This document shows positions 38,214 to 47,235 of a stretch of 56,861 bases of DNA, piece by piece. The position numbers were made by a program, and so were the translations under genes. Each line of letters opens with the position of its first letter. The first letter of the stretch is position 1. This DNA comes from Gemmatimonadota bacterium (GTDB lineage Bacteria; Gemmatimonadota; Gemmatimonadetes; Palauibacterales; KS3-K002), in assembly GCA_039586795.1 (NCBI GenBank), contig JBDHJS010000021.1, positions 1 through 56,861 on the forward strand. Direction: 5' to 3'. The notes below the pieces were generated by a model, which saw only the letters and a list, made by a program, of their open reading frames with translations, was not told the DNA's origin and ran no database searches.

Positions 38214-39866
38214 ATGCGGTATGCGTCTATAGTGGCAGGTCTTGTATTGATCTTTGCGGCTTGTTCCGGCGACGATCAGCCGGCAGATGATATCGGCCTG
38301 GCAGCAGGAAGCGTGGCGGTCGAAGTCACGGACGCCTCGGGAACGCCGCTCGGGACCGTCGTGCTGACACAATCATGCAGCGACGACGCTGTTGTTCATC
38401 TGGGGCGCGGTATGGCGCTGCTCCACAGCATGACCTACGAGGCGGCGCGGGCTGAGTTCGCTTCGGCGGTGGGAACCGATGGCGAATGCTCCATGGGATA
38501 CTGGGGACAGGCGATGACCTACGTGCACCCGCTCTGGTCTGACCCACCGAGTCAGCAGGATTTCGATCGCGCCCGCGGGCTGCTCGATAAGGCACGGGCC
38601 AGCGCCGAAGGCGATCACGAGATGGCCTATGTTGACGCTTTGGACGCCTACTTCGCGGCAGGTCGTGGTGACTCGGAGAAACCCAACCTGGTTGGCTTCG
38701 AGAACGGTTGGCGCGCGTTCCACGAGAAGTATCCCAACGACCCCGAAGCGACCGCCTTCTATTCCCTGGCTCAATTGTCCACGGTCGACCCGGGTGACAA
38801 GACGTTCGCGAAACAGAAGGCTGCGGGCTCCATGGCCGAGGGTTTACTAAGGCAAATTCCCATGCACCCCGGCGCTCACCACTACGTCATCCACGCCTAC
38901 GACAACCCGGCGCTGGCCGAGTTGGCTGTGGAGGTGGCGCGAAGTTACGGCAACGTAGCTCCCGAGATCCCTCACGCGTTGCATATGCCGACGCATACGT
39001 TCACACGGCGAGGCCTTTGGGAGGAATCGATCGATTGGAACCGTCGGTCGGCCGATGCAGCGCTGAACTTCCCGGTCGGCGATCAGATCTCGCTCCACTA
39101 TTTCCACGCGCTGGACTACCTGGCGTATGCCTTTCTGCAGACCGCCGAGGACAAGAAAGCGATGGAAGTGATGGAGGAGATGAACAACGTTAGGCCGCCA
39201 TATCAGCCGCACGTGGCCAGCGCCTACACGTTCGCCGCCGTACCCGCCCGCTTGGCTCTCGAGCGGCATAAGTGGGCCGATGCCGCGGGACTCGAGCCCC
39301 GACAGCCCAGCGCTTATCCGTGGGAGACCGCGCCAGCCATGGAGGCGATCACCTACTTCGCTCGGGCGCTCGGCGCCGCGCGCAGCGGGCGGTTCGAGCA
39401 GGCGCGCGACGACCTGGCGGTCCTCACGGCGTTCCAGCAGAAGGTCGCCGCGGGTAACGCCTATTGGGGGACGCAGGTCGAGATTCAGCGGCTTTCCGCT
39501 CTGGCATGGCTGAAGTTCGAAGAGGGTGATCGCCAACAGGGGCTGACGACGATGCGCGCCGCCGCCGAGCTCGAAGCGAGCACGGAGAAGCACCCTGTAA
39601 CTCCAGGGGAAGTGCTTCCAGCGCGCGAGTTGCTGGGCGACATGCTTGTTGAGCTGGAACGACCCGGGGAGGCTCTTGCTGAATACGAGGCGGCGCTGGA
39701 CCGCAGCCCCAACCGTTTCAATAGCCTGTACGGTGCCGGACGCGCGGCCGAGCTGAGCGGCGATGAGAACACGGCACAGCGATACTACCGAGCGCTCCTC
39801 GAGGTAACGGCGAACGCCGATACGGAACGGAAGCGCCTGAAGCATGCGAAGGAGTACGTAGGCTAA
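38214..39866 (+). CDS. TPR-repeat lipoprotein
   Basis: Lipobox FAAC; CSMGYWG.AM, HPGAHHYVIHAYD and HALHMPTHTF motifs; TPR helices. Confidence 0.85.
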   Translation: MRYASIVAGLVLIFAACSGDDQPADDIGLAAGSVAVEVTDASGTPLGTVVLTQSCSDDAVVHLGRGMALLHSMTYEAARAEFASAVGTDGECSMGYWGQAMTYVHPLWSDPPSQQDFDRARGLLDKARASAEGDHEMAYVDALDAYFAAGRGDSEKPNLVGFENGWRAFHEKYPNDPEATAFYSLAQLSTVDPGDKTFAKQKAAGSMAEGLLRQIPMHPGAHHYVIHAYDNPALAELAVEVARSYGNVAPEIPHALHMPTHTFTRRGLWEESIDWNRRSADAALNFPVGDQISLHYFHALDYLAYAFLQTAEDKKAMEVMEEMNNVRPPYQPHVASAYTFAAVPARLALERHKWADAAGLEPRQPSAYPWETAPAMEAITYFARALGAARSGRFEQARDDLAVLTAFQQKVAAGNAYWGTQVEIQRLSALAWLKFEEGDRQQGLTTMRAAAELEASTEKHPVTPGEVLPARELLGDMLVELERPGEALAEYEAALDRSPNRFNSLYGAGRAAELSGDENTAQRYYRALLEVTANADTERKRLKHAKEYVG

Positions 39867-39892
39867 GCTTCCTGGTAGCGCACCGTAAGATG

Positions 39893-39924
39893 ATAGGCGC
39901 CGTGAGACCATTCGCGGCGCCTAT
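39893..39924 (+). terminator. Hairpin downstream of the TPR lipoprotein gene
   Basis: ATAGGCGCCGTGA-gaccat-TCGCGGCGCCTAT. Confidence 0.6.
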
Positions 39925-40010
39925 TGCATCGGGCCAGCGTTGCTAGTCAGACGGGCAGGGCGCATCTTTCCCTTAGCCCTGACCGGCTTCTCTCAATCGT
40001 TTGATGGCCG

Positions 40011-41291
40011 ATGACACCGCTACGGTCTCCTCTGACCTGGTTGGCTCGATCGCCGGGACGAGCGTTTGTCATCATCTTTCTGCTGGGCTTTTCGATTCGC
40101 CTTTTCTTCCTGACCAAGGTCTCTGAACGCTACATCCTACCCCACGATCGCTGGGAGAGTCAGGCGATCGCTACGGCGATCGTTGAACGCGGTGAGTTTG
40201 CCGATCCTTACATGGTCCCTACAGGGCCAACCGCACACCTGCCACCGCTCGTCCCGGGCCGCATCGCTCTGTTCTGGGGTGTTTTTGGGATGAACCGGGT
40301 CGGCGGTTACGCGGCCATCATATTCGAACTCGCCGTGTTCTCGGTGCTTTACGCGCTGCTCCCTTGGTTCGGCGGAAAACTCGGTCTGGGCAGACAAGCC
40401 GGTGTGCTGGGCGGCATAGCCGGTGCGCTTGTCGTGGTTTGGCCCGGTAACGGGGAAGCGCTCGCCGGAATTGTAATTGGCCTCCTGGCGATTGTCTTTC
40501 TGCGTCGCTGGACTGAGGGGCTCGGTTCGATTGTCGGGAGCGTATTGCTTGGCCTTGCCTGCGGCGCGGCGTTCCATCTGCAACCAGTGCTGTTACCGGT
40601 AGTGCTCGGCTGGATGGTCTTCGAGTTATGGTGGAGTCGAGATCGGCGGAAGTGGTATCTGTCGACGTTCATGGCGCTGGGCATGATAGCCGCCTGTATT
40701 CCCTGGGGGTGGAGAAACTACAACACCTTTGACGAAGTGTTCTTCATCCGTAGCAACCTGGGCCTCGAGTTGCGTATGGGGAACCACGAAGGTGCCTACG
40801 GCGCCATGCGCGTGATGGACGTTACCCAGGAGCATCGTCACCCACGCACTCACTTGGAGGAAGCGCGCCTGATCCAGGAACTGGGTGAGATCGAGTACAT
40901 GCGCTTGGCAAAGCTAGAAGCGCTCGATTGGATCAGAGCCAACCCGGGTGAGTTTCTGAAGCTAACGGTCTCACGGGGCGCTCAGTTCTGGTTCGGGCCC
41001 TTTCACGCGCCGGGTACCGCGCTGGCCGTCACCGGGCTCACCTTGCTCGCCTTCATCGGTGCCTGGCGATCGTTGCCGCGGATGGGTCACCCCTACCGTG
41101 CGGCTCTCATCGCGCCCCTCATCTACTACCCGCTGATATACTACGTTGTCGCCTACATGCCCCGGTATCGCGTACCCCTCGACTGGATCCTCTACCTGCT
41201 AGCTGGAGCTGCCGTCTGGCGATGGCTCAAAGGGCGGCCAGGGTCTGCAGATCCCCGCCTTGTAGTACGAGGCGAACCGTACATACCTTGA
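40011..41291 (+). CDS. GT-C (ArnT/PMT-like) polytopic membrane glycosyltransferase
   Basis: About 11 TMs; PTAHLPP, PWGWRNY..F, SNLGLELRMGN and PRYRVP. Confidence 0.75.
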   Translation: MTPLRSPLTWLARSPGRAFVIIFLLGFSIRLFFLTKVSERYILPHDRWESQAIATAIVERGEFADPYMVPTGPTAHLPPLVPGRIALFWGVFGMNRVGGYAAIIFELAVFSVLYALLPWFGGKLGLGRQAGVLGGIAGALVVVWPGNGEALAGIVIGLLAIVFLRRWTEGLGSIVGSVLLGLACGAAFHLQPVLLPVVLGWMVFELWWSRDRRKWYLSTFMALGMIAACIPWGWRNYNTFDEVFFIRSNLGLELRMGNHEGAYGAMRVMDVTQEHRHPRTHLEEARLIQELGEIEYMRLAKLEALDWIRANPGEFLKLTVSRGAQFWFGPFHAPGTALAVTGLTLLAFIGAWRSLPRMGHPYRAALIAPLIYYPLIYYVVAYMPRYRVPLDWILYLLAGAAVWRWLKGRPGSADPRLVVRGEPYIP

Positions 41292-41312
41292 AGTGGTCTC
41301 CGCGTACATATC

Positions 41313-41370
41313 GTCTAAATAATTGCAAAATGATAGGTTAAATGATTCACATGATAGCCTACATGATCGC
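41313..41370. repeat. AT-rich degenerate element, copy 1 (TGAT-periodic)
   Basis: 41335-41367 matches 53613-53645 at 26/33 positions without gaps. Confidence 0.6.
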
Positions 41371-41520
41371 TGCGAATCGTGACGGCCGTGGCCAGAGAAG
41401 GGCAGCCGATGGGTCTTTCAGGCCGCTCCTTGCGTGACTACACACGTTTGTGGCATTGTACCCCTTACCTCCGGCGACAGCCCTAACGCGTTGCAAGGAC
41501 CCCTGAAAGCGAGCGTTATC

Positions 41521-42324
41521 ATGCTACGCCGCAGGATTTACCTGTCGGCCCTTATCTTCGGTCTGGCCATCACTCCCACCTGGCTGGGCGCCCAGGGACG
41601 CTCAGATGTTTGCGACGAAGACCTCGAGGAGTTGGCCCGGGGTCCCCACGGCTATAGGCAACGTGACGGACGCTGTGAGGGCGTATTTGCGCAGCCGGTC
41701 GGTGGGACTCCGTTATTCGTCGTGTCACTCACCCAGTACTTCGAGTACGAAGAAATCGGTCCCGGCGACTCGTTGATCGTCGAGTGGCCGGCGCCTGCCG
41801 GTCCCGAGGTCAGCTTGCGGGCGGAGGGTATCAGCCCGGGCTTGCACTATCGGATGGACGCCGTCCGCCCAGCGGGAAGCAACTCGTTCAGCTGGCCGGC
41901 CGACATTCTTGTCGCCCAGGGTATCGACCGGGACGATATCGGAGTCCTGGCGTGGATCAACCGAAACGTCGGTGATCGTAAGCGAACCGTGCTGTTGCCC
42001 CTGAGGGTGCGACCGCCCGACGAAAGGGCCGGCTGCGGACCGTACACGATGACGGTGTGGACAGGGCCGCGGCTTGAGGAGGTGTTCGTCACCTTGGCGC
42101 CCATCGATGCGGACGGTCGACCGGGTATGGCGATATGGGACGCCAGGCCATTGGGCTGGAGGTACTATCCGGCGGAGTCGGCGATCGCCATCCCGCTGCC
42201 CGAACTGGAAGCTAGCGGCTTTTACTACGTCAAAGTTGCCGGCGAACGGCGCGGCGGGGGCTCGAGCACAGTGGAGGCCTGGCTCTATCATCCAGGTGCG
42301 CCTCTCCCCGGCTGCTCCGACTGA
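41521..42324 (+). CDS. Exported hypothetical protein (267 aa)
   Basis: Signal peptide ending LGAQ; GYRQRDGRCEG and HYRMDA motifs; four Cys. Confidence 0.75.
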   Translation: MLRRRIYLSALIFGLAITPTWLGAQGRSDVCDEDLEELARGPHGYRQRDGRCEGVFAQPVGGTPLFVVSLTQYFEYEEIGPGDSLIVEWPAPAGPEVSLRAEGISPGLHYRMDAVRPAGSNSFSWPADILVAQGIDRDDIGVLAWINRNVGDRKRTVLLPLRVRPPDERAGCGPYTMTVWTGPRLEEVFVTLAPIDADGRPGMAIWDARPLGWRYYPAESAIAIPLPELEASGFYYVKVAGERRGGGSSTVEAWLYHPGAPLPGCSD

Positions 42325-42339
42325 GCTGCGGAGATCCCG

Positions 42340-43437
42340 ATGCTTCCCTCGTGGATCCTTCAGATCGCCACGATCGTCGGTGGTATCGCCGCGGTCATCG
42401 GTCTGTGGGAGCGTATCAGTCGCCGGCGTCAGAAGCGCGGGGAAGGGGCGCCGCCACGCCGACTACCCAGGCCGCCGCTCTGGAAGCAACTGACTGTCGC
42501 CATCGGCATCCTGCTTCCAATTCCCATCATAGCCGTTCTGGCGATTGGCCGAGCATCCTCCGCCGACGTATCGCTAGACCTCTCAGTCTCCGGCGCCAGC
42601 TTTGAGCTGGCAATGGAGGCGCCGCTGCTCTGGGAGCCGCTCCGCCTGAGCGAGCTTGGGGCGTTCGACCTTCGTGAGATCGAGACGCCGGTGGAATGGG
42701 TCGATGGAACGGGTGAACCGTTTGGCGTGCTCGAGGCGACGTCCCTCACTCTGTCGGCTGCGGAGGGCGGTCCGGAAACCGCAATCTATCTCGACGATGT
42801 CCGACCTCCGGATGGGACTGCTGTCTCGGTGCTCGCTCTCGACGAGCCCGGCTATTTTCGACTCGCCCTGACGAAGGCGACTGTCGAACCCAAGGTGTCC
42901 GTAGATGGGGAGATCGAGATCGTCGTCCCGGCAGTGCTGGTGATGGCCTACGACTTCGAACCGGGCAGCTTTCGTCTCGTGCCCTCCACCGACCAGATTA
43001 CGCTCGATCTCACATTGTACGCTGATTCAGCGAATACGGCGTTATCCGATCTGAGGATCAAGAACCTCGAGCTGTACAGAGTGGACCGGTATCGACAGGG
43101 CACGGAGCCAATGGACCGCATGGTCTCTACCGTACTGTCCGGGACAATCAGCTTCCCATATCTGAATCGGTCCCTGCGCCTGGGCGATGGTGACGAGTTG
43201 TGGCTAGCCGGCACCGAGGGCGAACTAGATCTCCTGCTGGTCGGTGCGGCGATCGACTTGGAGTACTCCGGCAGCGTGAGCGGTTTGCGGACGGGCACCG
43301 CGGAACTCAGTCGTAGCATCATGCCGCGACGCGGAGAGGTTTGGCTGGCTCGGTATGCATTGATCACCGTGCCGCTGGCGCTGTTGTATCTGACGGCGCT
43401 GTACGGAGTGATTCGCTGGTGGCGAAAATGGGCATGA
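42340..43437 (+). CDS. Hypothetical membrane protein (2 N-terminal TMs, beta-rich domain, C-terminal TM)
   Basis: GGAG SD; hydrophobicity pattern; ATGA overlap with the next gene. Confidence 0.75.
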   Translation: MLPSWILQIATIVGGIAAVIGLWERISRRRQKRGEGAPPRRLPRPPLWKQLTVAIGILLPIPIIAVLAIGRASSADVSLDLSVSGASFELAMEAPLLWEPLRLSELGAFDLREIETPVEWVDGTGEPFGVLEATSLTLSAAEGGPETAIYLDDVRPPDGTAVSVLALDEPGYFRLALTKATVEPKVSVDGEIEIVVPAVLVMAYDFEPGSFRLVPSTDQITLDLTLYADSANTALSDLRIKNLELYRVDRYRQGTEPMDRMVSTVLSGTISFPYLNRSLRLGDGDELWLAGTEGELDLLLVGAAIDLEYSGSVSGLRTGTAELSRSIMPRRGEVWLARYALITVPLALLYLTALYGVIRWWRKWA

Positions 43438-44960
43438 GTCAACGGTCGATTCGGTGTCTGTTGGTCGGTGTGGCGGTGTTAGCCGGCTTCGCGGGTATCG
43501 GAACCACGCCGACACTCGCGCAAGAAGCGGAAACGATCAGTCCCGAGATGACCGAGGCGCAGGTGCGGGCGATCCTCGGCCCCCCTTTCAAAGTGCGAAC
43601 GCTGGGAGACTTCTCTTACTACTTCTACGACAACGAGTGCGATGAGTGCGGTCGCGACCTCGTCATCTTCCAGGATGGCGCGGTTGTCAACTGCGTCTTC
43701 TCGCATCCCAGCCGCGTGTACACGGGCGTCAGCTCACTGCAGGGCCTGCCAGAGGAACTCTGGAAAGAATCGGAGGCGGCGATTCGCCCGGTCGTCTATG
43801 CAGACAGAGCGGTGGCGTCGGGGAACGCTGAACACGTCCCGGAAGTGGCGAAGCGGCTCATCGTGCATGTCATCGGCTACTTCGAAGAGGGTTTGGCCGA
43901 ACAGCTAGGCGCCGGGATCATTTTTGGTGCGGACGATGAGCGGATCTACATAGTCACCGCCGATCACGTTCTCCGTTTCCGTGGCTCGGTCGCGGAAGAG
44001 GTGCGCGTGGCCTTCAGAGACAACCCGCAGGAGCTCGTCGCGGCGGAACGGGACACGGCTCATCCGCAACTCGATCTAGCCGTCGTCAGCGTGCCCCGCG
44101 AATGGGTCAGGGCGTTCGAAGACGGTGCTCCAGGCCTGGACCGTCTGGGCAACGTGAACGCTCTCAAGACCGGCGACCCGGTCACGCCGATGGGCTGCCC
44201 CAACGGTGAGTGCTGGTCGCCGCCCACGACTCCGGACCGGGTTTTCGCGAAGGGCCAGTTCTCGCTCAGCTTCGAAACCGTATCGATCACGACCGGCTAT
44301 TCGGGCGGCGGACTGTTCAACGAGTGGTGGGAAGTCGTGGGAATGATCACGGCTCGTGAAGGGCAGATCGCGCGCGCCGACGCGATCCCCATCGGCACAG
44401 CGCTCGATGCAGTGTCGGAGTGGGACTACCCCACACAGCTCAGAAAGCCGTCGGTCCCGCGTGGCGGATATCGAAGCACGATCGAAATGATGTTCCTGTC
44501 ATCGGGCGACTCGGGCGGACTGCAGGACGATCGGTTTCCTTCGGCACGCCTCACCTATTCGCACATGTTGAGACCCAACTATGGCTGGCACGTTGGCGGC
44601 CTCCGTCTGGCACCGGAGAATCTCAGCCTGATGGCGGCGGTAGGAGGTCTGAGCGCCCGCCTCCGGACGGGGCGATTCGCGGCACGACCGTTCGTCGAGA
44701 TCGGGTATGGGCGGATGGAGGGACGCTATGATGCCGGCGGCTACTTCATCGATGACGGTGAAGGCGTCACGTACGTGCCGATCTGGAACACACTGGAGAC
44801 CGAGGGGCTGGGAGCTGGCCTGGGCATCGATCTGGAATTCCTGGTCGTCCCCCACGTCATGCTCGAGTTCCTGGGCGGCTACTGGTGGTTCGACGCGCCG
44901 GAGGAAGCGCCGCCGCTACCCGACATCGTGTTTGGTGCCGGCCTGCGGTTCGGTATCTAA
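43434..44960 (+). CDS. Exported trypsin-like serine protease with a BamE/SmpA-like N-terminus and a C-terminal beta-barrel-like domain (508 aa)
   Basis: MTEAQVRAILGPP; triad motifs VTADHV, LDLAVV and GYSGGGLF; alternating beta-strands ending FGAGLRFGI. Confidence 0.8.
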   Translation: MSQRSIRCLLVGVAVLAGFAGIGTTPTLAQEAETISPEMTEAQVRAILGPPFKVRTLGDFSYYFYDNECDECGRDLVIFQDGAVVNCVFSHPSRVYTGVSSLQGLPEELWKESEAAIRPVVYADRAVASGNAEHVPEVAKRLIVHVIGYFEEGLAEQLGAGIIFGADDERIYIVTADHVLRFRGSVAEEVRVAFRDNPQELVAAERDTAHPQLDLAVVSVPREWVRAFEDGAPGLDRLGNVNALKTGDPVTPMGCPNGECWSPPTTPDRVFAKGQFSLSFETVSITTGYSGGGLFNEWWEVVGMITAREGQIARADAIPIGTALDAVSEWDYPTQLRKPSVPRGGYRSTIEMMFLSSGDSGGLQDDRFPSARLTYSHMLRPNYGWHVGGLRLAPENLSLMAAVGGLSARLRTGRFAARPFVEIGYGRMEGRYDAGGYFIDDGEGVTYVPIWNTLETEGLGAGLGIDLEFLVVPHVMLEFLGGYWWFDAPEEAPPLPDIVFGAGLRFGI

Positions 44961-44968
44961 CGGAGGAA

Positions 44969-47050
44969 ATGACAGTGTATCGTATCCGGGGGAGGTTTGG
45001 CTGGCCGATGGCGACGGCGGCTGCCGCCCTCATCCTCGTCGCGGCCTGCGAGGAGTTCACGGCCGAAGACCTCGTGAGGGTCCAGATCCAGCAGGCGCAT
45101 GCCTGGCCCGACACGCTGGACGTTGCCGAAATCGCCACGCTGACGGTCGATGTGCTGGACTCTGAGGGCCGGAACATCGCGGGGATCGAAGTCGACTGGC
45201 AGACGACCGACTCATCGATTGTCCAGCTGTCGACGGTCCTGCCGCCAGAAGAGGGCACAATCCGTGACACGCTGGAAGCTCGGCTTAGTGCTGTGGTTGC
45301 CACCCATGCTGTGGGCTCTACAGAGATCATCGCCTACGTCGATCGGCCGGGGTTCGAGCGAGCCGAGCTCACGTTTCCGATAGAAGTTGCGCGTATCGCC
45401 TGGCCCGATTTCGTCACCGTTTCCGCGGTCGACATCGTCGACGTTGAGACAGGAAACGCCGACAGGGCGCTGACCGGCGAACTGAGCGCCGAGTGGCAGT
45501 CCAGTGATCCGGCTACGCTCAAGGTCAATCGCCTGGAGTCGAATCCGCTACAGGCAACAGTAACCGGCTACGCTTCAGGAACGGCTGAGATCGTCATCGC
45601 GATAGAGGGTGACCGCATCAAGCCAGCGGGATTTCGCGTACCGATTGTCGTGTCGGGGATGCTCATCACGGAGGCGGAGCCCTGGCCGGAGTCGATCAAC
45701 GTCACCAACATCGATACGGTGGAGGTGGAGATACGGGACGCCGATGGTAACCCCATGCCGGGCGTTACCGTCACCTGGCGTTCCAGCAACGAGGGTGTAC
45801 TAACAGTTGACTCACTCGATGTGTACAGTGCAGTGGTGACTACCTCGGCTCGCGGAGGAGCCGAGGTCATCGCAACGGCGGGCGGAGCAGGTTTCCAGCC
45901 GGCCGAGTATCGAGAATGGATTAGTGTAAGGCAGAAGTGGAGCGCGGTGGACCTCGGGTTTCGACATACGTGTGCCCTCTCGGTCGATGGGACGGCCTAT
46001 TGTTGGGGTCGAAACCTGCAGGGAGAATTGGGCACGGGAGACTTCAATCGTCGCCTGGTCCCGGATCGAGTGGCGACCTTCCTCAAGTACCAGGAGATAC
46101 GAGCCGGCGGAGTATTGAGAGGATCGCCTCAGGGTGAGGCCGCCCACACGTGCGGACGGTTTGGCGGGCGTGTTCAGTGCTGGGGGAGCTACCAGCAGAG
46201 ACAGCTAGGCGATGGTTCGGGACCCTGCGCCTGGCGTGACTGGCCTTCCGAGTGTGGTCAACCCGTTCCCGTCGATGCCGATGTGATTCAGGACGTCCAG
46301 GTGATTAGTATGGACGTGGGCGGCCGCTTCACATGCGCCGCCGGCGACACGATCGACGATTCGAATTTCACGCACTGTTGGGGCGAGCTGAGCGAGTCCA
46401 ATATGGGCTCAGACCCCGCTGCAGGCGGCGAGCACATGTGCACGTATCGACATCCGCGTTCGTTTTGCATTGGCGATAACCGGCTGGGGCAACTCGGCAA
46501 GGGAACGACAAGTGATACCGTCTTGTTGCCGGTGAGGCGTTCAGAAAACCAATTTCTTGACGCGCGGGCTGGCGACGGTTCCGATGCAGAAGGTGCGGGC
46601 GGTGAACACTCTTGCGCCGCTCGCGATGGGGATGTCTGGTGCTGGGGTTCGAATGAGTATGGGCAGCTGGGTACGACGTCGGCGAACGACGATTGCGGTG
46701 GCACACCGTGCAGCGTGTGGGCGACCCGGGTTCGTGGGCTCGGCGTGAACGTTGATTCCATCGCCCTCGGTATGTGGCATACATGTGCCATCGCATCCGG
46801 CGACGTCTATTGTTGGGGAGCGGGGAACTATGGCCAACTCGGCGATGGCTCGATGCAGAACAGCATAGTGCCCGTGCTCGTGGACGGCGGCCATACCTTC
46901 CTCTCGATCAGCGCCGGTGGAGAACACACGTGCGGTGTTATTGAGGATGGCTCGCTGTACTGTTGGGGAAGGAATGTCCTTGGGCAGCTAGGCGACGGAT
47001 CAACGACCGATGCGGGGACGCCAGTTAGGGTGTCGGAACCTTCCGGTTGA
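44969..47050 (+). CDS. Lipoprotein with three Ig-like domains and RCC1/BLIP-II repeats (693 aa)
   Basis: GGAGG SD; lipobox VAAC; three WP(D/E)...W(Q/R)(T/S)(T/S)(D/N) units; repeated HTC...CWG.N..GQLG. Confidence 0.88.
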   Translation: MTVYRIRGRFGWPMATAAAALILVAACEEFTAEDLVRVQIQQAHAWPDTLDVAEIATLTVDVLDSEGRNIAGIEVDWQTTDSSIVQLSTVLPPEEGTIRDTLEARLSAVVATHAVGSTEIIAYVDRPGFERAELTFPIEVARIAWPDFVTVSAVDIVDVETGNADRALTGELSAEWQSSDPATLKVNRLESNPLQATVTGYASGTAEIVIAIEGDRIKPAGFRVPIVVSGMLITEAEPWPESINVTNIDTVEVEIRDADGNPMPGVTVTWRSSNEGVLTVDSLDVYSAVVTTSARGGAEVIATAGGAGFQPAEYREWISVRQKWSAVDLGFRHTCALSVDGTAYCWGRNLQGELGTGDFNRRLVPDRVATFLKYQEIRAGGVLRGSPQGEAAHTCGRFGGRVQCWGSYQQRQLGDGSGPCAWRDWPSECGQPVPVDADVIQDVQVISMDVGGRFTCAAGDTIDDSNFTHCWGELSESNMGSDPAAGGEHMCTYRHPRSFCIGDNRLGQLGKGTTSDTVLLPVRRSENQFLDARAGDGSDAEGAGGEHSCAARDGDVWCWGSNEYGQLGTTSANDDCGGTPCSVWATRVRGLGVNVDSIALGMWHTCAIASGDVYCWGAGNYGQLGDGSMQNSIVPVLVDGGHTFLSISAGGEHTCGVIEDGSLYCWGRNVLGQLGDGSTTDAGTPVRVSEPSG

Positions 47051-47235
47051 CGAAGCCATTTCCCTCTAGTCCCTTATCGCAAATAAGAGATTGCCGCCTG
47101 ACGGGCCTACCGATCAAGCGGCTCGTCGCTTGACCCGCGGCCGCTACGTGCCAGCGCTGGCGCAAGTGGTTAGCTTCTAGTTGAGTCCTTGATACCGAGC
47201 GGCGCAACCAGATAACTCGTCCATGGTGGCCTGCG

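Noticed and set aside
39887..39897. AAGATGATAGG, matching the end of the repeat at 53638
   Set aside because: Only 11 nt, and it is part of a terminator-like hairpin arm; not counted as a third copy.
42322..42342. TGA of the 267-aa gene is in frame with the next gene (possible read-through or second Sec)
   Set aside because: The next gene has its own GGAG SD and ATG; no redox motif context or convincing SECIS; in-frame spacing has a 1-in-3 chance.
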